A stretch of 58,294 nt of DNA from a virus (Duplodnaviria > Caudoviricetes): positions 1 to 58,294 of the IMG/VR virus record IMGVR_UViG_3300025767_000021. One strand, written 5' to 3'. Made by a program: the position numbers and the translations under genes. Each line of letters begins with the position of its first letter. The stretch's first letter is position 1. Of this stretch, positions 28,701 to 37,100 are shown in pieces. The notes under the pieces are model-generated. The model worked only from the letters and a program-made list of their open reading frames with translations. It made no database searches and was not told the DNA's origin.

Positions 28701-30189
28701 TGTGGGTTACATCCTCAACGCAGTGGCAACTGATTTCCTATATGGTGGAACTGAAAGAAGTAGAACCGCTGGTGAATTCTATTACCTATACCCATCTGAA
28801 GCAACTGGTTCTCAGTTAATTCAAACTATCGATGGTATCAACTACGCTGGAACATTGGCTAGAAAAGTAATGGAGAACACAACCTTCACTACCGCATCTT
28901 CTGAAGTATCCGCATCGGTTGAATTATTGAGAAACAATAGAAGTTTCATCCAAAACGAAACTATCGAATTCATCTCATCTTCTTGGAGTAATGTGGTTTA
29001 CAATGAGGATAAGTGTAGAAGAGATACTGGATACATTGTAGATGCTGCAGCAACTGATTTACTTTATGGTGGTAACGAAAGAAGTACAACCGCAGGATTG
29101 TTCTATTGGAGATATCCATCAAGAGCAACCGTAGCTGGTGTACCATCTGAAGCTAACCAATTAGACCCAACTGTGGATGGAATCAGATTCGCAAATGGAA
29201 CTGCACAAAATGTGGTTCAAAACTTAGAATACACAACTCCATCAACGGCAACATTAAATGGTATTGATTTATTAAGAAACAACACAACTTTCATTCAGAA
29301 AGAAACGATTGCTTACTTATCTTCTTCTTGGAGTGAATTCCAATACAATGAAGTAAGTTGTAGTAGAGATTTGGGATACATCATTGATGCTGTGGCAACC
29401 GACTTGAAATATGGTGGTAACGAAAGAGCAGTTCAAGCTGGTACTTTCTACTACTACATTCCTTCAATCGCAACAACGGAACAAAAACCACAAACAACCG
29501 ATGGTATTGATTTCGCTAAAGGATTGAGTGAAAAGGTAATTAAACAAACTCAATTAGTATTCCCATTCTTATTAAATAGAAATGGAGCAAATGCACTTAG
29601 AGCGGCCAAAAAAGATTTACAAGGTAAAGCAATTACATATACAAACGCAGCATTCCCTGATTTTATATATAATGAGGAAAAATGTTATAGAGATACTGGT
29701 TTCATCGTAGATGCTATTGCAACTGATATTATCTATGGTGGTAATGAAAGAAGTATAAGAGCAGCCCAATCATATTACACTGGTGTGTATGGAAGTGCAG
29801 CTGTTGTTGTAAATGAACAAAAGTATGAAACCGCAAATACAAATAGATATTTAAGAACACAATTCCAATTTGTGGCTAGACAGGGTCCTGTTGAAGAATT
29901 TGGTTCTCTAATTATTACAACTGGACATGATTTCTCATATGCTGGTGCTGGTGTAACTTATAAAGCATTACCTCCTAACCAAGGTGGTGATGGTATCCCA
30001 GACCCTAATAAAGAAATTGTAGAAGTAGCTGGTGGTAGAGTATTCTTTACTTCTGGTAACGAACTTGGTGACTTTAAGATTGGTGCTGGACTTATAATTA
30101 AACAGGCAACTGGTACATTAGAAGGTAGAACATTCTCTAAATCGTTATTCTCATTAGTAACACCATTCTCATTGGCACTTCAAGATTAA
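16756..30189 (+). CDS. Giant 4477-aa virion appendage protein: pectin-lyase-like beta-helix plus 21 phycobiliprotein-like helical repeats
   Basis: LYVSSTSGDDNNDG...LRTIKKA...VSAGTYLEENP...SPYVQNCS beta-helix start; 21 CxRD repeats; nested beta domains; C-terminal GHDFSYAGAG...GRVFFTS..LGDFKIG. Confidence 0.8.
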   Translation: MARLIPRKQVEEVQDFIRDTSFAGNVTVSGSLLVSQSFSMGSNPNTVSDITGSVFLTGSLTIDGPLNVVGDQAVNLTSSISLESLDSQKFGGIRPEDFGAMDATLYVSSTSGDDNNDGRTQQFPLRTIKKAAELATAGDDGRYGLPTGSLFTGFRIEVSAGTYLEENPIELPRNTTVWGAGLRVTKVVAKNENEDLFWVNSGNYLAEMTFAGLRVFPSVDNARSGFAIAFAPNAFITTSPYVQNCSMISNQENSFLEKYETIPAGGGGLNVDGNRIHPDSPLASMVLDAYTQIAPNGVGCQVVGRGFIQLVSFFTNFSAYAVKVLDGGQAVLLNSNTSFGDFGMYASGSRFITGSGGNIEAFNRVRDNYTIIIDTIEDGLSAIPEFVPNTNQGIKVTDELQYFISGQSSDAIAEQAKSEYRLVSNIVESGISNIPTLLAKSATRGYNTGSVWNISNGIQTTGSVSATSTELNIIDDRFTKVKETLRLGNRATSSYTLVDNIVGLVKATDEIQYVGSDAATSVEVDIINRHFNTILSIVEFGLNDTNNPLSPFTSSNAGNIKITETPQFITDISSSLAVQQKISASFATVYQILDLGSDYAPTIIPSSSFENPSIDYQNGYSALLGNLSFIQEETIAYLSSSWSDFEYNQDTCKRDLGYIVSGAAHDLLYGGNEESVRNGNFYYDIPSEATSSQKQQTLDAIRYASGLAQKVISNVTFIEPSINVENAYDLLVNNKTFIQEEVIAFVSSSWRGFDYNEVTCKRDVGYIIDAVATDLRYGGNERSLIAGRYYYDYPSEATTTQLLQTTDGIEWARDLSKKLIVKDTFVSPSSINQSVYDLIVENRSLIQEETVRFVDTQFPNLVYLRDKCRRDTGYILDAVATDLLYGGNQKSIRAGLYYQAVSVDKVNGEQLNETIDAISYAKSFVDKVVTNELVEIPQLVDNTKARVRAGDILPFTSSLLSGSEDIRVKVSSSFGLVEDIIKKGESSLLTAIAGNTPNFKWTIDEPKLVTNGTIVTSSSDTSNVENIVTNYGIITDIITNGTSVAPTEVTNWTGSIKVTDTTQYTNGSSVATSTEGTLVSSSISIVKTAVELGTGSLPSLLENSSSIYVGGVAPITNATTASSAEVNKVSSSFAIVLDIVENGTGSLPTIVENISENIKFTSATQITNSGSADSDDVSFISSSFAIVTSIVTNGTGSLPTKSDYGSPLTASNVVAAYNLLIDNISFIQDETIAYLSSSWSTASYDEAKCRRDVGFIVSGAAEDLLHGVVSQSVVNGEFYYNFPSKAETIQLNQTIDGINYASKLSQKIVQNELFETASSERRAAWDLIDSNIEFIKDETILYLSSSWSTFDYNEVTCKRDVGYILDAVRTDIYYGGNERSVIAGEYYYLYPSQATVGNDGDTGGELNQTLDGINFARRLAEKVVEQATFTQPSQAVLDAKDLLVNNKQFIADEVVAFVSSSWSEVVYNETTCKRDTGYILDAAITDLVYGGNERSRVAAEYYYRYPSSAVVGGVPSTTQQKDPTVDAIEYLVGISQQIVLGTTFTSADSTKVSIANTVRENKAYIQQSVLDYINYRYAYLNYNQSKCYRDIGFITDAILTDLVYGGNQRSIQAGSFYYKFPSQATGFQLDETIVGINYGRDLTEMIIRGAKQIEDSFDVVVKIIESGSSVQTDKTIGLAYNGLPISQVGTPKNSYGDNLITTTIGTILPDDVTEVLNVVGGIKFNDNTQYSSSISASATLSAEISESFRTVIDIIDYGISGSQQISGSANSSSYFEVITLPNDTEAFYFTQEQLQYFDGRNGWRLGGEDTGSFEGSIKDPTITLVRGEMYNFSINDMGFEDSTINRPLLIKTKRTAGTVYDVYESIGLVNNGITFGTITFTPLADTPDTLYYVNPNNISASGVINIVDSLPLSDEQELVYVPTKGEFEKVLNTAGNIKVSTATQYTSLLNASISERNNISSSISTVINVLESGSSVAPTIVKTIDGLIKRGDVNQITSSLSISSGTLSKISSSFAIVLDIIQNGTGSLPTQIDNTTEGIKVTNLSPGIGELEDYTGILPTISASFAIVSDAILNGTGSTPTASLYGSPVNDTDIITAYGLITSSVAFIQAETIAYLSSSWSTFEYNEASCSRDVGYIVNGVAEDLRYGVVSASVVNAKYYYEFPSEATSSQANQTVDGINYAYRLTEQIIKGVSFVTASQDRLDTETIIRNNVNFIKEEAITFLSSSWSTFDYNEITCKRDIGYILDATITDIVYGGNERSINAGVFYYKYPSEATGSQLFPTLDGIQYAGEVTKEVVSGSIFIEPSSVKLNAYELVHQNRELIQDEVISYISSSWNSFDYDDVKCRRDVGYILDAATTDFIYGGNERSVIAGDFYYRYPSQATGSQLNQTVDGIVYAQRLADKMLSNTLLVTASLERREVYDLIERNRELVQDEVISYISSSWVGFDYDQNKCRRDVGHILDAVATDLRYGGNERSVIAGEYYWLYPSDATEGQKVETIDGIVHAANLVQKIVQNVVLQLPSSDKLEVWNTIRNNRTLIQDETVEYIDYAFPFLNYNKTKCRRDVGHILDGVATDVLWGGNQRSVKSGDFYYRYPSLATGVQIEETIAGIRYAQSLLKNIVVDNTLESPSLVLNTDGNIRVTSFEPTLSSIALSGSYQTEVSKSIDSVTGIITTGIKSYTPTTATYNPATGDFAMTIVRHGLSVGDSIYLKPESFTFTCEMDGNRTEHKLPSAGQPAYDSRLTIKSVTSNTVTVNVGASGPNIEFNPTNASYDPATGDFVITVGEHTLSVGEGVVLATGSFAFTCEMDNNQSVKSYPRFGIDQYSVRSLPITAVSDTTMTVNVGASGPNKYFTPVSASYNALSGDMTLTVSESFGLGVGRSVVLENESFAFTCDQDGDLTTHSYPRSGSDPYAEKSIVITSVGTTSHTPTDAPYNPSTGVVTLTIANHGFSNGDYVKVDDGALTYTCVSDNNQTEHSYPRAGYDYPSGRWLEISNVTTNTFDINVGSSSYLGEHTFISATTNGIKRQDGTFTINVGDAGSASGSIHTFVSASQNAVKHEPQSVHTFVSASNGAVKHLPQSTHTFVRTQRDSVTTLPVLTESIEGLIKINDIEQYTSSLSGSEVEAGYVTRSVGFINDIIRFGTDDIPFALAKWYDDTLDVPQNLTTGSYVTASGTYTTTTEFGIVSSSFGQIINIIENGIGSLPTLVNNSSNNIKVTDTTQFTSSLSGSSTELSKVNASVGIIENIVQNGLSVKPTIVFNNSDRTNLIKVTDTAQITSASFGDRLQQRLISSSIAVVLDIVENGTGSLPTIEDYGDASDAPKTIAAYNLLKLNIPFIQSETIAYLSSSWSNLDYNEASCSRDVGLIISGAAEDMLHNSLSASVVNGKFYYEFPSAAIVSGSSSPTSSAQLVPTLDGIKYAGRMAENIVRGYTYVTSSQAVSASVELIRNNKEFIKEETIAFISSSWSDFDYNSVTCKRDVGFILDAVATDLLYGGNERSVTAGDFYYRYPSSAIVGGVPSATQQKDPTVTAIDFVQNMVTEVVSGSVFVTASSEVEYVYDALRLNRGFIQNETIAFVNAKYPNLDYNEASCRRDTGFIVDAVATDLRWGGNQRALTAGEFYYRFPSQATGYQLTETVDALIYARDLSEKIIDKETLFVPTGSLNTDNGIKVTSFSPATGGSVTDISVLNTISSSFAIVSDAILNGTGSTPTASAYGSPLTSSNIVTAYGLITASVPFIQAEVVEYISSSWVGFEYDDVKCARDVGFIVNGVATDLLHNSVSASATNAREYYRATKLSEATGSQRMQTFDGINYAYQLTEQIVKGVTFDFPTTQISASVSLIRGNKHFIQSESIAYLSSSWEGFEYNQETCKRDVGYIVDAVATDLLYGGNQRSKIAGEFYYKFPSNATTSELEPTITGIKYAGDVASKLVQNEVFVTASAERVAGNRVILDNKEFIQNEVIAYVSSSWSDFDYNEASCSRDVGYILNAVATDFLYGGTERSRTAGEFYYLYPSEATGSQLIQTIDGINYAGTLARKVMENTTFTTASSEVSASVELLRNNRSFIQNETIEFISSSWSNVVYNEDKCRRDTGYIVDAAATDLLYGGNERSTTAGLFYWRYPSRATVAGVPSEANQLDPTVDGIRFANGTAQNVVQNLEYTTPSTATLNGIDLLRNNTTFIQKETIAYLSSSWSEFQYNEVSCSRDLGYIIDAVATDLKYGGNERAVQAGTFYYYIPSIATTEQKPQTTDGIDFAKGLSEKVIKQTQLVFPFLLNRNGANALRAAKKDLQGKAITYTNAAFPDFIYNEEKCYRDTGFIVDAIATDIIYGGNERSIRAAQSYYTGVYGSAAVVVNEQKYETANTNRYLRTQFQFVARQGPVEEFGSLIITTGHDFSYAGAGVTYKALPPNQGGDGIPDPNKEIVEVAGGRVFFTSGNELGDFKIGAGLIIKQATGTLEGRTFSKSLFSLVTPFSLALQD
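18600..29860 (+). repeat. 21 copies of a ~108-aa (324-nt) CxRD-containing domain in five clusters (3+4+5+3+6)
   Basis: In-frame Cys TGT codons at 18709, 19033, 19357; 20500, 20824, 21169, 21514; 23143, 23467, 23791, 24115, 24439; 26833, 27184, 27529; 28036, 28366, 28690, 29014, 29359, 29683. Confidence 0.92.
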
Positions 30190-30198
30190 AAAATTTGA

Positions 30199-30206
30199 TA
30201 TTTATA
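30199..30206 (+). promoter_or_regulatory. TATTTATA putative late promoter
   Basis: Recurrent motif, 18 nt before ATG 30225. Confidence 0.6.
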
Positions 30207-30224
30207 TAGGAAAAAGATAAAGAT

Positions 30225-31082
30225 ATGGCAGAACAAATTGCACTAAACTCATTTAAATCGGTACTTACCACTCTAACTGGTGATGATGATATTGTATATA
30301 CTACTCCAACTGGAGTTTCTACAATCTTATTATCAGCACAGGTAACTAATACTGGTACTACAAATACACCAATTACTATGAAAATTACAAGTAATAGGGA
30401 ATTACCAACACCGCAAGTTGATGATATTATCAATAGTGGTAGTTTTATAAGTGCATCTGCTTTAATTGCAAAAAATCAAACTTTTATTGAAAAAGAAGCC
30501 TCAGCTTATATAAATTTTCAAAATAATTTACAAATTCTACCATTTAGTTTTACTTCTTCATTTTTTGAAGGATATGTTAGAACGGCTGTAAATGGTGTTG
30601 AGGATGATTTAATTGAGGGTGGAACTTTACAATCACGAAAAGCAGCACTTTCATACTATAACAAAAATGGAGAAATTTTAATACCTGATGATTATTACAC
30701 AGCATCATATCAAGCGATTGATTATGCGAATAAAATGATTCAACAAATACTTATTAATGAATCAATAACTGGTTCAGTTGATATATCAAGAATTTACAAT
30801 GATAATTACACTCAATCGTTCGATAATACATTAATTGCTGAAAGTGGTTCAATTACTGCTTCTTTGGAATTATTCAATGCTATATCGGAAACAATTTCAA
30901 ATCCAACAAGAGTTTTACAATCTCCTATTGATTTGATAACAAGAGTAACTATACCAGCTGGCGATTCACTATCTCCCATTGTGGCAGGTAAGTTAGTATT
31001 GGAGCAAGATTTTTCATTAATTATGTCGGGTTCAGCCGATTTAACGGTGATATTATCGATTCTTGAAAGTGCTAATGAATAA
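30225..31082 (+). CDS. Virion accessory protein: small beta domain with an inserted Cys-less copy of the helical repeat
   Basis: N- and C-termini resemble 43832..44164 (VYTTP...KxVLE...SxLE). The middle LIAKNQTFIEKEA...VNGVEDDLIEGG...AIDYANKMIQQI resembles the 108-aa repeat. Confidence 0.65.
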   Translation: MAEQIALNSFKSVLTTLTGDDDIVYTTPTGVSTILLSAQVTNTGTTNTPITMKITSNRELPTPQVDDIINSGSFISASALIAKNQTFIEKEASAYINFQNNLQILPFSFTSSFFEGYVRTAVNGVEDDLIEGGTLQSRKAALSYYNKNGEILIPDDYYTASYQAIDYANKMIQQILINESITGSVDISRIYNDNYTQSFDNTLIAESGSITASLELFNAISETISNPTRVLQSPIDLITRVTIPAGDSLSPIVAGKLVLEQDFSLIMSGSADLTVILSILESANE

Positions 31083-31108
31083 TTATATACTAATAACTAA
31101 GGTAGTAA

Positions 31109-34100
31109 ATGAGCCAATTATTAAGCGGAAAGGTTAAAGTAGTAAGACCTACCGATGTTTCGGAGGACAGGTATGAATATCTACGATTAAATGAAGCAGA
31201 GCCAAACTTAGGTGTTCCTGAGAGTGGTTCTATTTCATCGGGCTCAATCGCATTAGTTGCTTCTGATGCGGATGGTAATCGTTTATTCGTTACTACACTT
31301 CAATTAGACCAATTTAGTGGTTCATTTAGTGGTTCTTTTGCTGGTGATGGTTCTGAATTAAACAACCTCCCAGATGTACCACAATTAAGAAGTGGTTCGG
31401 TATCCGCTTCCATCGCTCCAAATACGGGATTCTTAGTAAACACATCAGCATCATTCTTTGGTGATATTGATGTAGATGGTACTGCAAGAATTACTGGTGA
31501 TTTAATTGTTGATAATCGTATTGTAGCAAGAGAGATTATTGTTGAAATTATCTCATCTTCTATTATTTTCTCCACAGGTTCAAACATTTTTGGTGATGAA
31601 TTAACCGATAGACAAATATTCACTGGTTCGGTTGAAATGACTGGTTCATTGACCGTAGATGGTAATACAAATATTACTGGTTCAGTTGGTATTATTGGTG
31701 GAGTTGGTATATTAGGAAATACAACAATATCGGGTTCTGTATTTGTATCTGAAAGTATAGAAGCAAACATAATTTCAGCATCTATTTTTAGTGGTAGTGG
31801 TGAGGCATTATTTAATATTCCTCAATCTGCACTTTCTGATAATTCTCCATTAATTGCTAGTGGGGCTGTAACGGCATCTACTGAAAATAATGTCTTTACT
31901 GTAACTTCGGTTGAAAGTGGTTCTATATTTAGTGGTAGTATTCAACTAAGTAGTGGTTCGGTATTTAGTGGTAGTGGTGCTGAGTTATTCGATATACCTC
32001 GTTCTGCATTAGCACCTGATGCATTACAATCACCATTGATTGTAACGGGTTCGGTAACTGCATCAGTTTCAACCGATGGATTCTTCAGAGTGCAATCTAC
32101 GGGTTCAGTAACAACTGAATTAAGCGGTTCACTATTTGTTAGTGGGAATGTTCAACTTATTAGTGGTTCATCTTTCTCTGGTAGTGGTGAAAATCTATTT
32201 AATATTCCAAAATCAGCACTTACTGAAGATGCACTTCTTTCAAATTTAATTACAACGGGTAGTGTAACAGCATCTGTTTCGGAAGATGGATTCTTTAGAG
32301 TATTTGGAACTGGTTCGGTAACATCTGAATTTAGTGGTTCGGTATTTGTAAGTGGAGGTGTACAACTTAATAGCGGTTCTGCTTTTAGTGGTAGTGGTGC
32401 TAATCTTTTTGATATCCCTCGTTCGGCATTAACCGAAGATGCTAGATTATCAAATTTAATCACTACTGGTTCAGTATCTGCATCTGTATCTGAGGATGGA
32501 TTCTTTAGAGTATTTGGAACTGGGTCTGTAACAACCGAATTAAGTGGTAGTGTATTTGTAAGTGGAAATTTACAATTAAATAGTGGTTCTGCTTTTAGTG
32601 GTTCGGGTGAAAATTTATTTAATATCCCACAAGCCGCTTTAGCATTTGAAATCAATAGAATTACAAGTGGTAGTGTAACGGCATCTGTATCTCCAAATGA
32701 AGGATTTGTAGTAATTTCAGAAGATAGTGGTTCAACCTTTAGTGGTTCAATTTTCTTATCATCTGGTTCATTCTTTAGTGGTAGTGGTGAGAACTTATTT
32801 AATATTCCAAGAGCAGCACTTACTGAAGATGCTCTTCTTTCGAATAGAATTGTAAGTGGAGCAGTAACTGCATCGGTTACACCTGAAGATGGCTTTGTAG
32901 TAACTTCCGTTGAGAGTGGTTCAACATTCATTGGCTCGGTTGATGTAACTGGTAGTGTGAATATACCATCTGGAAGTGGATTCTTTAGTGGTAGTGGTTT
33001 AGGGTTATTTGATATCCCAGAATCAGCACTTGCTTTTGAAATTAATAGAATCACAAGTGGTTCAGTAACTGCATCAGTTGACCCTAATGCTGGGTTTGTG
33101 GTAATTTCGGAAGATAGTGGTTCTACATTTAGTGGTTCGATATTCTTAGCTAGTGGTTCATTTATTAGTGGTAGTGGCGAACAATTATTTGATATACCAT
33201 TCTCAGCACTCTCAGATGAAGCTCAAAACGCAATCGAATCTCTATTATCTGTTCAAGCTGGAAGATTAGCAACTGGTTCGGTAACCGCATCGGTTGACCC
33301 TAATGATGGATTCGTTGTAGTATCCGAATTAAGTGGTTCTACTTTTAGTGGTAGTGTTTTCCTAAGTAGTGGTTCATTCTTTAGTGGTAGTGGTGAAAAC
33401 CTATTTAACATACCTCGTTCAGCCTTAGTTGAGGATGCACTTCTTTCAAACTTAATTACAACAGGTTCAGTAACCGCATCGGTTTCAACTGATGGATTCT
33501 TTAGAGTACAGGGTACTGGTTCTGTAACAACTGAATTGAGTGGTTCATTATTTGTAAGTGGAAATGTAGAAATTAACAGTGGTTCATCATTTAGTGGTAG
33601 TGGTGCTAACTTATTCAATATCCCAAGAACAGCACTAACCGATGATGCACTTATTTCAAATCTAATTGCAACTGGTTCAGTAACCGCATCAGTTTCAACT
33701 GATGGTATATTTAAGGTATATTCAACTGGTTCTGTAAAATCAGAATTTAGTGGTAGTGTATTTGTATCAGAATCATTAGAAGCTAAAAAAATAACAGCCG
33801 ATGAATTTACTGGTTCATTTAGTGGTTCATTTGCTGGTGATGGTTCACAACTTAATAATATCCCACAATCAGCACTTTCTGAGGATGCAAATAGGATAGC
33901 AAGTGGTTCAGTAACCGCATCGGTTTCTCCAAACTTTGGATTTGTAGTTAATAGTTCTGGTTCAATTCAGGGTGATTTAACTGTTGATAATGATTTATTT
34001 GTAGGTGGTAGGATTACCGCACAAGAACTTTATGTAGATTTCATTTCATCATCTATTATTTACTCATCTGGTTCAAACATATTCGGTGATGATAGTGGAA

Positions 34101-37100
34101 GTGATACTCAAAAATTATTTGGTGAAACTGAAGTATATGGTAATATATCCGCTAGTGGTTTTATTACATCAAGTGGATTTGTAGGAGATGGTTCTGGATT
34201 ATTTAATATTCCACAATCAGCCCTTTCAGATAATTCACCATTAATTGCTAGTGGTGCAGTAACTGCATCTACTGAGGATGAACTATTTAGAGTAATATCT
34301 GTTGGTAGTGGGTCTATATTTAGTGGTTCAATTGAAGTTAGTGGTAGTGTACAATTAAGTAGTGGGTATGCATTTAGTGGTAGTGGTGAGAACTTATTTA
34401 ATATCCCACAATCAGCACTTTCTGAAGATGCTGCTAGAATAGCAAGTGGTTCAGCAACTGCATCCATTTCACCAAACTTAGGATTTGTAGTAAATACATC
34501 ATCATCTATTGAGGGTGATTTAAATGTAATTGGGACAACATCCGCATCTATCTTTAGTGGTAGTGGTGAATCTCTATTTAATATTCCACTATCTGCAATT
34601 ACTGAAGAGGCATTTAGAATTGTAAGTGGTAGTGTAACTGCTTCGGTTGACCCGAATAGGGGATTTGAAGTAAATTCAACTGGTAGATTTGATGGGGGTA
34701 TAACTACAAGTGGTAGTTTAATAGCATCATCATCGCAAGCAGTAATTCCAACTGGTTCTCTACTAACCACATTTGACATTGCAAACAATGGTTCATCTGA
34801 TTATGTATTTAGTGGGGCAATCGATGGAAATGACCCTACATTAACTTTAGTTAAAAATGTAACCTATACATTCAACATAGATGCAGAAGGGCATCCGTTC
34901 TACATCAAATCCGTACCAGGTACAACTTTAACAGGTGTAATTACTGGTTCTCAGATAGACGGATTTAATGGTACTGATAGTGGTTCATTTACATTTACTC
35001 CAACTGGTAGTAGTGTAACTCTTTACTATAATTGTAGTATCCACTCAACGATGGGTAATTCTATTTCTTTAGTTGAAGAAATATATGAAGATGAAATCCC
35101 ACATACACTAATTGGTTCAGTTAATGTAATTGGAAATCAAAAAATAACTGGTTCACTTTCAACAACTGGTGATATTGATACAACCATTGTAAGAGCAACT
35201 GAATTTAGTGGTTCGTTTAGTGGTAGTGGTGCTAACTTATTTGATATTCCACTTACCGCACTTGCGGAAGATGTTGTTAGAAGAACTTTCATTGCTAGTG
35301 GTAGTGTAACTGCATCAACTGACCCATCATACGGATTTAATGTAAATACTTCAGCATCTATTGATGGTGATTTAGTAGTTGGTGGTGGTTTAAATGTATC
35401 ATCATCTGTTATTTACGAAACATTACCGGTTTCACATTCGGTAATTGTATCTCAAAGTAAATTTGTGGTAGATGGTACATCACAAAAAATATTAAAAGTT
35501 GTAAAGGGCACATCTTATTATTTTAATTTATCGGATAGTACTAATATTGGAAACACTTTAAGATTATCAACAGTTTCTGATGGAATTCATAATGGAGGTA
35601 CTTTGGAATATACCACAGCTGTGGTATCAAGTAGTGTATTGCCGGGTAATAGTGGTGCATTCCTAAGTTTCATACCAACTGGTAGTACTCCAAATACTTT
35701 ATATTACTATTCGGAAGAAACAGCTTCCTATGGTGGTGCAATTTTAGTTTACAACTCTAAACCTGAAATAACAAGAAATATATTTACTGGTGATGTAGAT
35801 ATTACTGGTAGTTTAGATGTTACTGAAACTATCACATCAAATGAATTAATAGTAAACAAAGCAAGTGGTTCATTTAGTGGTTCATTTGCTGGAGATGGTT
35901 CTCAACTAAGAAACATACAGGCTGATTTATCACCTGTAATTGCTAGTGGTTCGGCAACAGCTTCAGTTGAAAGTGGTGATACATTTATTGTAACTGCACT
36001 TAACAGTGGTTCTAGATTTATTGGTAATGTTGATGTAAGTGGTAGTACAACCATTGGATATAATACTGGTAGTACTAACTTAGTAGTTACTGGTTCAGTT
36101 AAAGTTCAAGATACTGTAACTGCGGGATTCTTCGTAGGTGATGGTTCACAACTTGATAATGTACAAGCGGCAGCTGCTCCTCTTATCGCAAGTGGTTCGG
36201 CAACAGCTTCGGTAGCTAGTGGAGATACTTTTGTAGTAATCTCACCACTTAGTGGTTCTGTATTTACTGGTTCGGTATTAATAACTGGTTCATTTGATGT
36301 TGTTGATGGTATAATTAGTGGTGATGGTAGTGGATTAACAAACATTTCAATTGCCAACTTATCATTTGATACCGCTCGTTTAGCAACTGGTTCATATACT
36401 GCATCAATTTCACCTGATGGTGAATTTAAAGTATTTGATACGGGAATTACTGGAAGTGTACTTACATCTTTAAGTGGCTCTCTTAATGTATCGGAATCAT
36501 TAACTGTTGGTGGAATTATTACTGGTGATGGTAGTGGTATTACAAATATTGATATTGCTAACTTAGCAATTGATTCATCAAAAATCTTCACAGGTTCAGT
36601 ATCGGCATCGGTTTCGGAAGATGGATACTTCAGAGTATTTGATAATGTTGGTGGTTCGGTTATTTCGGAATTTAGTGGTTCTGTATTTATTTCGGAATCA
36701 ATATCAGCATCCCTTTATCAAGGTGATGGTGGCGGATTATATAACATTCCATTGGATGCACTTGAGGATTTACAATTAAGTAGAATCAATTCTGGCTCTG
36801 TAACCGCATCAGTTGACCCTAATTTGGGTTTTGTTGTAAACTCTTCAATTAGTGGTACATTATTCGTAGGTGATGGTGGTGGATTATTTAACATTCCTGC
36901 TGAATCTTTAGTAGACTTAGAATTACCACAAATTGTATCTGGTGCCATATCTGCCTCTGTTAATCCTGAATATGGATTCGCTGTTTATTCTCCACTTAGT
37001 GGTTCTACATTTACTGGTAGTTTATTTATTAGTGGGAACACAACAATACCATCTGGAAGTGGGTACTTTAGTGGTAGTGGTGAGGGATTATTTAACATTC

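Noticed and set aside
31300-36948. Minus-strand ORFs of 76-300 aa within the 3645-aa gene
   Set aside because: Antisense to repetitive SGS-rich coding sequence; all credible genes and promoter motifs are on the plus strand.
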